This document shows positions 17,701-25,030 of a stretch of 64,000 nt of DNA, piece by piece. The notes beneath the pieces are model-generated. The model searched no databases, was not told the origin of the DNA, and saw only the letters and a list, made by a program, of their open reading frames with translations. A program made the position numbers and the translations under genes. Each line of letters opens with the position of its first letter. Within the stretch, counting starts at the first letter, position 1. Origin of the DNA: Microbacterium sp. (GTDB taxonomy: Bacteria > Actinomycetota > Actinomycetes > Actinomycetales > Microbacteriaceae); assembly GCF_047971895.1 (NCBI RefSeq), contig NZ_JBKEAF010000001.1:10495-74494 (forward strand), read 5' to 3'.

Positions 17701-18508
17701 GGTCATCACCGGAGTAGCGTCGCTGACCATTGATCCTGAGCAACTACCGCACCTCAACAGTGTTTTGGTACGTGCTCGAGGCGCAGGCTCCGGCATTCTT
17801 GTCACTGATGAGGACCCGTACTATGCGGTCACGAGCGGAATCCAGGTCATCAAGTACGATGGCGAGTTGCCCGACCCGAAGGTGAAAGGCAGCGACGGAG
17901 CCTGGGTTGCACCCGGCAAGCCGCTCGTTGATAGTGCGCAGGATGCGAACACTACTGACAAGGCAGTGAAGTATGTTGCCGGTGAACCACAGAAGGTGCG
18001 CTGGGTGGTCACGAACATCGGCAATACGTGGCTGACCAACATGACGCTCGTGGATTCGACTAGCGTCGGTCCGAAGATCGGTGCGGACTGGACCGCTGAT
18101 CTCAGCGCGTTCGGTGGCCCCTCGGCGTACTCCTTCGTCGAGGAGGGGCCGTGGAGCGGACTGCTTCCCCCTGGTGCGTCGTTCTTCGCGCAGGGCTCAC
18201 TGACGATTGAGGCAGGCACGCATACCGACACCGTCACTGTGACCGGGCAGCCGATCGCTCCTGCTGTAGACGAGAAGGGAGTGCCGACAGGTAAGCCGAT
18301 GCTCGACGAGAACGGCAACCCGGTGCTCCTCACCGGCGATGATGGCGAACCGATCACTCTCACTGACGACGATCCGTTCAACGCGATCGTCATGATGCCT
18401 GACACCGGTGGTGGCACCATCGGGTTGGCAGCTGTTGTCATCGGAGCAGTTCTCCTTGCCGGAGGAGGTGTCCTGATGCTGCTTCGCCGCCGCAGGCAGG
18501 AAGCGTAG
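14774..18508 (+). CDS. Large cell-wall-anchored surface protein (SdrD/Cna-B-like and DUF11-like repeats, LPXTG-like MPDTG sorting signal)
   Basis: The signal peptide is [30 protein letters not shown]. There are two SdrD-B-like modules ([42 protein letters not shown]) and Ig-like repeats ([22 protein letters not shown]). The C-terminus is MPDTGG plus a hydrophobic helix plus RRRRQEA. Confidence 0.8.
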   Translation: [1244 protein letters not shown]

Positions 18509-18527
18509 CTCAGGGAGACTGCTGTAG

Positions 18528-18569
18528 CGCGACGAAGCAGGGTGTTCTCGGACGCCCCGCTTCGTCGCG
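18528..18569 (+). terminator. Hairpin after the surface-protein gene
   Basis: An 11-bp perfect stem CGCGACGAAGC / GCTTCGTCGCG with a 20-nt loop, followed by TT. Confidence 0.5.
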
Positions 18570-18598
18570 TTCCGGGCGCCGAGGAGGCAGAGAAAATT

Positions 18599-19906
18599 GT
18601 GAGACGTCTGCGATTGTCGCTGGTCGGGCTTGGAAGCGCCCTGGCCATCTTCGCCACCGGCCTCACAGGTTGCACCGCGGCGAAGGAAGACCTCGTTAGC
18701 GTCCCAGAAGACGTTGCGACGATTTCCGAGGCGGTTGACCGGGTAGCCGAGGGCGGCCTCGTGCTCGTCGGGCCAGGAACATACCCTGAACAAGTGCTGA
18801 TCGAGAAGAACGACGTCACGGTTCGAGGGCGGGATCGCAATACGGTCGTGATCGACGGCGAGGGAATGCGGCCCTATGGTGTGGTCGCCGTCGCTGACGG
18901 GGTCTCTGTGGAGAATCTGACGGTCACACAAGCGACCTTGTACGGGGTTCTCGTCACTGGACTTCATGATGAGAGCGGGCCTATTGCTCGAGGCGCACGT
19001 GGATACACCACTCTCGATGTGGAGGATTTCCCCCCGGTTCAGCGGTTTGCAATCGATCATGTCACGGCGTACAACAACGGGCTGTACGGACTCTATGCGT
19101 TCAACGCGCAGCACGGAACGATCACCGATTCCTACGCCTCGGGATCTGCTGACAGTGGCATATATGTAGGTCAGTGCGAGAAGTGCGACATTCTCGTGGC
19201 GGGGAATATTTCGGAAGCCAACGCGGTGGGGTTCGAGAACGCCAACGCTTCTGACTCTGTCACTGTGGCTGGGAATCGATTCACGATGAATCGAATCGGG
19301 GTCACTTTGATCTCCAGCTACCAGGAGGCACTGGCACCGCAGCGGCGAAACACCGTGATCGGAAACCTGATCTCGAACAACGCGAATCCAGATTCCCCAT
19401 CGCAAGCAGAGGGCATCTACGGAGTAGGTGTGGGGGTGAGCGGCGGTAGGGAGAACCTCTTCAAGTGGAACAGAATTTCTCAGAACCCTGTCGCTGGAGT
19501 GGTTCTCGATAACACAGAAGACTTCGCCCCGCTTGACAACCGCTTCACAGAAAACGTGTTCGACGCCAACGGCGTCAATGCCGCAATCGTTGCCGCGGAC
19601 CGTGCTCCTGCCTCTGGTAACTGCTTCGATACTCCTCCTGCATCGGTCTTGCCCGACGGTGCATTCAACGAATGCGAGGGCGACCCGGGTTTCGGTTCAC
19701 GACAGGAAGCCGTGCGATACGCCGCGCTCCCCGCAATCGAGGTGCCAGATGGCATCAGCTTCCTGCAGGTACCTCCGCCCCCGGCCCAACCGACGATGAA
19801 AGACCCGATGCGAGCGGCTCGGAAACTCCCCGCTCGTGTACCGCACCCCCCGCTCGAACAGTTCACCACCCCAGGTCAGTCGTTCCTTCAGGAGTGGTCA
19901 CGATGA
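18599..19906 (+). CDS. Right-handed parallel beta-helix (NosD/CASH-like) lipoprotein
   Basis: A GTG start follows a GAGGAGG RBS. The lipobox is ATGLTGC. Repeated beta-helix turns are visible: AYNNGLYGLYAFNAQHGTITDSYASGSADSGIYVG...VAGNISEANAVGFENANASDSVTVAGNRFTMNRIGV. Confidence 0.75.
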   Translation: MRRLRLSLVGLGSALAIFATGLTGCTAAKEDLVSVPEDVATISEAVDRVAEGGLVLVGPGTYPEQVLIEKNDVTVRGRDRNTVVIDGEGMRPYGVVAVADGVSVENLTVTQATLYGVLVTGLHDESGPIARGARGYTTLDVEDFPPVQRFAIDHVTAYNNGLYGLYAFNAQHGTITDSYASGSADSGIYVGQCEKCDILVAGNISEANAVGFENANASDSVTVAGNRFTMNRIGVTLISSYQEALAPQRRNTVIGNLISNNANPDSPSQAEGIYGVGVGVSGGRENLFKWNRISQNPVAGVVLDNTEDFAPLDNRFTENVFDANGVNAAIVAADRAPASGNCFDTPPASVLPDGAFNECEGDPGFGSRQEAVRYAALPAIEVPDGISFLQVPPPPAQPTMKDPMRAARKLPARVPHPPLEQFTTPGQSFLQEWSR

Positions 19907-20640
19907 TACGCGCTGTAGCGGTCGGCATGGCCGTTCTCCTGTTCTTGCTCTCCGGTTGTTCCGCTTCACAAGAATCTCGACCCGTGACGACGGAAGAAGC
20001 CCAGATCCTCGCCACCACACGATTCCACAACTTCAATGCTGGTGTGAGATCACTGCGGTTCGACGTCAGATCTCAGGGCAGGCAGCTTGCGTTCAGTGGC
20101 TGGTACGACTGGGTTGACCACGTCGGCTACGGACTGTTGAAGGGGCGGGCACAGGACCAACAAAGCGCGCTAGCGCTCCTGCTCTGGAACGCGACCTCGG
20201 TCGGCTCTCATCCTGTCGCGTCTACTGCGGCCTCTGCTCCGCTCCCGATCCCCGATGTCGAAAGCCTCGACACCGAATGGACGGGAACGCTGTTGGAGCC
20301 TGGAGAGTCAGGACTCGACACGATACTTGGAATGATGCCATTACTTGGACAAGATCGACCAGAGAATGCTCTCTTGGTGCAGCAGAACGGCGCCCGATTC
20401 GAAGGAACAGAAGAACTGAATGGGGCGACTGTTTCGGTCTTTTCTGTGCTTGCTGACAATGCGGAGACACGCGAGAGTGATAGCGCAGACAGTCAATCCA
20501 ACACACGACTATACGTCAATGAGCAAGGGCTCCTTATGCGACTAGGACTTCGCCTTGGAGATGGCGCCGAATGGACATTCATTGAGTTCGGCGAGGCTCC
20601 CGGTGTTGAGCTCGGCGACCCATTCGCGGAGTCGGGATGA
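19903..20640 (+). CDS. Lipoprotein of unknown function (possibly LolA/LppX-like fold)
   Basis: An ATGA overlap links it to the upstream gene. The signal and lipobox are MIRAVAVGMAVLLFLLSGC. I recognise no family motif. Confidence 0.6.
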   Translation: MIRAVAVGMAVLLFLLSGCSASQESRPVTTEEAQILATTRFHNFNAGVRSLRFDVRSQGRQLAFSGWYDWVDHVGYGLLKGRAQDQQSALALLLWNATSVGSHPVASTAASAPLPIPDVESLDTEWTGTLLEPGESGLDTILGMMPLLGQDRPENALLVQQNGARFEGTEELNGATVSVFSVLADNAETRESDSADSQSNTRLYVNEQGLLMRLGLRLGDGAEWTFIEFGEAPGVELGDPFAESG

Positions 20641-21836
20641 ACGAGAAGCCACGGCTGAATGCTTCTGACCCGGTTTCGAATCTGGGGCGACGTCGTTTCC
20701 TCTGGGGCTCCATCGCGGGTGCCGCTGGTACCGCCATCGCTGTCGTCGGTGGAAAACTAGCTGCAGAGTCGCGCGGCGACTCACCCCGCGACGCTGAGGG
20801 TGTTGCCCATGTTCCTGCTCACGGGCGCTACCAAGCCGGAATCGATAGACCCGAGACGCCGCAATCACACACACTCTTCACTGTGATAGATATTGGTGGC
20901 ATCACTGTCGCCGCCGAGGTCGAAAGCGTGATCGGGGCGCTGGGAAGGGCGATAGCGGCCCTCGCCGACCCGTCGCGAACCCCAAACTCGAACATGCCTG
21001 AAGGGCCAAGAGACATCACTGCCACCGTGGGGATAGGACCGAGACTTGTCTCACTCCTCAACCCGAGCCTACCGGGCGCGACCCCGCTGCCAGATTTTGT
21101 AGGAGATGAGGGGATGGTGCCTCTTTCGAACGGGGGCGACCTCGTTCTACAGCTGTGTGCATCAGACGGTGGCGCTCTCGATTCGGCGCAGCGAGAACTG
21201 ATGAGAGTAGTCGGTGGGACTCTGCGCTGGCAGCAGCGCGGCTTCCGCGGAGCGGGAACCGGTTCAATCGTTCGCAACCCACTCGGATTCCATGACGGCA
21301 TCATCGTGCCAACCGGGGAGGCAGAACTCTTCGAGAACGTGTGGATCCGTGACGGTCCAGCTGCGCACGGGACCATCATGGTCGTGCGGAGAATCCAACT
21401 TGACGTCGACGCATTCGAATCGCTTTCCATTCTGGAACAAGAACAAGTCATCGGTCGGGAGAAACTCAGCGGTGCGCCACTCTCGGGCGGGGTGCGTGAA
21501 GATGAAGCAGACCTCCTCGCTAAGACGCCCGACGGCGAATACCTGATACCGGCGAGGTCGCACGTCCGCGCAGCACACCCGTCCTTTACGGGGAGTGGGC
21601 TCATGCTACGACGTGGTTACGCCTACTCGAACTCTGATGCAAGCGGGGTCTCGCAGGGTCTGCTCTTCATCTGCTATCAGAACGATCCATCTGTTTTTAT
21701 CCGAACGCAGCAGAGGCTCGACGAGACGGACGCCCTCGCGGCGTTCTCCCAGGTGACGGCCTCCGGGATGTTCCTCGTTCTTCCAGGCGCCAGTACAGGC
21801 TCCGCTCTTGGCGAGGGCCTTCGCGCGACAGGATGA
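20637..21836 (+). CDS. Tat-exported DyP-type peroxidase (A-type, EfeB-like)
   Basis: An ATGA overlap links it to the upstream gene. The twin-arginine motif is GRRRFLWGS. HGRYQAGI, the GFHDG (GXXDG) motif, SHVRAAHP and GLLFICYQND are also present. Confidence 0.88.
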   Translation: MNEKPRLNASDPVSNLGRRRFLWGSIAGAAGTAIAVVGGKLAAESRGDSPRDAEGVAHVPAHGRYQAGIDRPETPQSHTLFTVIDIGGITVAAEVESVIGALGRAIAALADPSRTPNSNMPEGPRDITATVGIGPRLVSLLNPSLPGATPLPDFVGDEGMVPLSNGGDLVLQLCASDGGALDSAQRELMRVVGGTLRWQQRGFRGAGTGSIVRNPLGFHDGIIVPTGEAELFENVWIRDGPAAHGTIMVVRRIQLDVDAFESLSILEQEQVIGREKLSGAPLSGGVREDEADLLAKTPDGEYLIPARSHVRAAHPSFTGSGLMLRRGYAYSNSDASGVSQGLLFICYQNDPSVFIRTQQRLDETDALAAFSQVTASGMFLVLPGASTGSALGEGLRATG

Positions 21837-21949
21837 AGGGTCGCCCCTGCAGCATCGTGAGCCCCTGCGTGTCGGGGTTGGGTGAGTAGTCCGCCGGCTG
21901 GTCGCGGATCGGCGTCGAGGTCGCCGCTGTGACATCTGCATGACGTATC

Positions 21950-22768
21950 GTGGCACTCGTGACCACCGGCATTCCGACTCCGTACGAAGATCTGTTGCGG
22001 GACGTGCTTGGGCACGGAACACGCAAGGACGATCGCACCGGCACCGGGACCACGAGCGTCTTCGGCCGGCAGATCCGCTTCGATCTGGCCCAGGGCTTTC
22101 CGCTCATCACCACCAAGCGCGTGCATTTCAAGTCGTTGGCAATCGAACTGCTGTGGTTCCTGCGTGGCGAGTCGAACGTCTCGTGGCTGCAGGAGAACGG
22201 CGTCACGATCTGGGACGAATGGGCCGATGCTGCGGGAGAGCTCGGCCCCGTCTACGGCGTGCAGTGGCGCTCGTGGCCGACGCCCGACGGCGAACAGATC
22301 GACCAGATTGCGCAGGTCGTCGCGCAGATCCGCGCCAACCCCGACTCGCGGCGCCTTCTCGTGTCGGCCTGGAACCCCGCGGACATTCCCGACATGGCGC
22401 TGGCGCCCTGCCATGCGATGTTCCAGTTCTATGTCGCCGACGGGCGGCTGTCGTGCCAGCTGTACCAGCGCAGTGCCGACCTGTTCCTCGGCGTGCCCTT
22501 CAACATCGCGTCCTATGCGCTGCTGACCCTCATGATCGCGCAGCAGACCGGCCTGGAGCCGGGTGACTTCGTGTGGACCGGCGGGGATTGCCACATCTAC
22601 GACAATCACCTCGACCAGGTGCGCGCGCAGCTCACCCGCGACCCCTACCCATACCCGACGCTGCGCTTCGCGCGCCGGCCTGCGTCGATCTTCGACTACG
22701 CCTACGACGACTTCCTGATCGAGAACTACCACCACCACCCGACCATCCGCGGCCCGGTCGCGGTCTGA
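21950..22768 (+). CDS. thyA: Thymidylate synthase
   Basis: The motifs [23 protein letters not shown] and [21 protein letters not shown] are ThyA signatures. Confidence 0.95.
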   Translation: MALVTTGIPTPYEDLLRDVLGHGTRKDDRTGTGTTSVFGRQIRFDLAQGFPLITTKRVHFKSLAIELLWFLRGESNVSWLQENGVTIWDEWADAAGELGPVYGVQWRSWPTPDGEQIDQIAQVVAQIRANPDSRRLLVSAWNPADIPDMALAPCHAMFQFYVADGRLSCQLYQRSADLFLGVPFNIASYALLTLMIAQQTGLEPGDFVWTGGDCHIYDNHLDQVRAQLTRDPYPYPTLRFARRPASIFDYAYDDFLIENYHHHPTIRGPVAV

Positions 22769-23256
22769 TGATCGGACTCGTGTGGGCCCAGGCGCACGGC
22801 GGTGTCATCGGTGCCGACGGTGGCATACCGTGGCATGTTCCCGAAGATCTTGCGCACTTCAAGGCCGTGACCCTCGGTGCGCCGGTGGTCATGGGCCGGC
22901 GCACGTGGGACTCACTGCCCGTGCGGTTCCGCCCACTGCCGGGTCGACGCAACATCGTGGTGACCCGCCAGGCCGAGTGGACAGCGGACGGCGCGGAGCG
23001 CGCCGGGTCGCTGAGCGATTCCCTCGCGGCCGCCGGTGACGGCGACGTCTGGGTCATCGGCGGAGGAGTGCTCTTCGCCGAGGCCATCGAGGTCGCCGAC
23101 GTCCTCGAGGTGACCGAACTCGACCTCGCGGTCGACGGCGATGCGTTCGCGCCGACGACGGACGGCTGGGAGCCGGCGACCCGCGACCCGGTGGACGGAT
23201 GGCACGTCTCGCGCAGCGGCATCCGCTATCGCTTCCGCACCTATCGCCGGGCGTGA
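22768..23256 (+). CDS. folA: Dihydrofolate reductase
   Basis: The translation is [51 protein letters not shown]. The start overlaps the thyA stop (ATGA-type TGATG). Confidence 0.9.
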   Translation: MIGLVWAQAHGGVIGADGGIPWHVPEDLAHFKAVTLGAPVVMGRRTWDSLPVRFRPLPGRRNIVVTRQAEWTADGAERAGSLSDSLAAAGDGDVWVIGGGVLFAEAIEVADVLEVTELDLAVDGDAFAPTTDGWEPATRDPVDGWHVSRSGIRYRFRTYRRA

Positions 23257-23273
23257 CCCGGTAGCGTGTCGCT

Positions 23274-24056
23274 GTGCCCACCGCATTGATCACCGGTGCG
23301 AGCTCCGGCCTGGGCGCGGAGTTCGCCCGTCAGCTCGCTGCCCGAGGCGCCGACCTCGTGCTCGTGGCACGCGACCGGCGTGCGCTCCAATCCTTCGCCG
23401 TCGAGCTGCGCGAACACTTCGCCGTCCGCGTCGACCTCATCTTCGCCGACCTCACGGTGCCGCGCCAGCTCGCCGCCGTCGAGCGGCGCGTCGCCTCGGT
23501 GGAGCAGCCGATCGAGGTGCTCGTCAACAATGCCGGATTCGGGCTTCCGCTCACGTTCGAGCGCAACGAGATCGACGACGAGGTGACCCACCTGCGGTTG
23601 CATGTCGAAGCGCCTATGCGCATCATGCACGCCGCTCTGCCCTCGATGCTCGAACGCGGGCACGGTCGCATCATCAACGTCGCGTCGGTCGCTGCCTTCA
23701 TGCCGCGTTCGACATACGGCGCGGTCAAGCGGTGGGTCGTCAGCTTCAGCCGGTGGGCGAACGTGCACTACGGCTCCCTCGGCGTAACGGTGACCGCCGT
23801 GTGCCCCGGCTTCGTGCACACGAACTTTCATGAGCGCATGGGGCTGCCGCCTAGCAAGGAGGGCATCGCGTCGATGCTGTGGCTGGATGCCCCCTCTGTG
23901 GTGCGGCAGACGCTGCGCGCGGCCGCCCGAGGTCGCGGCGTGACGATCCCGTCCCTGCGATACAAGGCGATCGCCGCCGTGGTGCGAGTGCTGCCGGCAT
24001 CGCTCACCGCTCGTCTCGGTGAGACGGGTCGCCGACCCGATAGCCTGAGGCAATGA
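23274..24056 (+). CDS. SDR-family oxidoreductase
   Basis: The motifs TGASSGLG and NNAG and the SDR length (260 aa) fit the family. Confidence 0.8.
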   Translation: MPTALITGASSGLGAEFARQLAARGADLVLVARDRRALQSFAVELREHFAVRVDLIFADLTVPRQLAAVERRVASVEQPIEVLVNNAGFGLPLTFERNEIDDEVTHLRLHVEAPMRIMHAALPSMLERGHGRIINVASVAAFMPRSTYGAVKRWVVSFSRWANVHYGSLGVTVTAVCPGFVHTNFHERMGLPPSKEGIASMLWLDAPSVVRQTLRAAARGRGVTIPSLRYKAIAAVVRVLPASLTARLGETGRRPDSLRQ

Positions 24057-25030
24057 CGCACACGGGCAACCCCTTCGGACAGGTGCTCGTCGCGCTCGTC
24101 ACCCCGATGACGGCCGACGGCGAGGTCGACTGGTCCGCCGTCGAGAAGCACATGGACGACGTCATCGTCGCCGGTGCCGACGGCATCGTCGTGACGGGCA
24201 CCACCGGCGAGACCAGCACTCTCACCGATCCCGAGAAGCTGAAGCTCGTCGAGGTCGGCAAGTCGGTGTCGGCCGGTCGTGCCAGGATCATCACCGGTGG
24301 GGGGTCGAACGAGACGGCCCACGCGATCGAGCTGTACCGGGCGAGTGAGCGCGCCGGAGCGGACGGCATCATGATCGTCACGCCCTACTACAACAAGCCG
24401 ACCCAGGCCGGCATCCTCACCCACTTCCGGCTCGTCGCGGACGCCACCGATCTGCCCGTGATCCTGTACGACATCCCCGGGCGCACGGGTGTGCCGATCA
24501 TGTACGAGACCCTGCTGCGCCTGGCCAAGCATCCGAACATCCTCGCTGTGAAGGACGCCAAGGGCGACTTCAGCGAGGTGAGCCGTGTGCTGAACCAGAG
24601 CGACCTGATGTACTTCTCGGGCGACGACGCGAACGCTCTGCCGCATCTGTCGATCGGGGCCACCGGGCTCATCGGTGTGACCGCGAACATCGCCGCACAG
24701 CCGTACCGGACGATGGTGGACGCGGTCAACCGCGGCGACCTCGCTGCCGCGACGGCTGCGCACCGCGGCCTCGAGCCGCTCGTGCGCGCGGTCATGACGC
24801 ACGTGCCGGGAACGGTGAGCGCGAAGTACATCCTGCACGGGCTCGGGCGCATCTCCAGTCCCCGCGTGCGGTTGCCACTGGTCGGGCCCGAAGAGTGGGA
24901 GGCCGCGATCATCGAAGACGAGCTGACGCTCGTGACCGAGGTTCCCGGCGCCGACTTCTCGAACTTCAAACCAGACCGAAACGCCGCCGCCGGCGGCGCC
25001 CTGCCGAAGGTGCACGGAACCACGCGATGA
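24053..25030 (+). CDS. dapA: 4-hydroxy-tetrahydrodipicolinate synthase
   Basis: The motifs VALVTPM, GIVVTGTTGE, PYYNKP and LAVKDA are DapA signatures. Confidence 0.93.
   Translation: MTHTGNPFGQVLVALVTPMTADGEVDWSAVEKHMDDVIVAGADGIVVTGTTGETSTLTDPEKLKLVEVGKSVSAGRARIITGGGSNETAHAIELYRASERAGADGIMIVTPYYNKPTQAGILTHFRLVADATDLPVILYDIPGRTGVPIMYETLLRLAKHPNILAVKDAKGDFSEVSRVLNQSDLMYFSGDDANALPHLSIGATGLIGVTANIAAQPYRTMVDAVNRGDLAAATAAHRGLEPLVRAVMTHVPGTVSAKYILHGLGRISSPRVRLPLVGPEEWEAAIIEDELTLVTEVPGADFSNFKPDRNAAAGGALPKVHGTTR

Larger units (their letters stand above)
14700..21840 (+). other. Lower-GC genomic island (four exported-protein genes, no mobility genes)
   Basis: Hand counts on 60-nt lines inside the block (lines 15001, 19261, 20341) give 50-55% GC. 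Flanking lines 13561 and 22261 give 62-68%. A/T-ending codons are frequent inside the block. Confidence 0.7.

Noticed and set aside
20637-21836. The DyP peroxidase as an encapsulin cargo system.
   Set aside because: The protein has an N-terminal twin-arginine export signal rather than a C-terminal targeting peptide. No encapsulin shell (HK97-fold) gene follows; the next gene is thyA.
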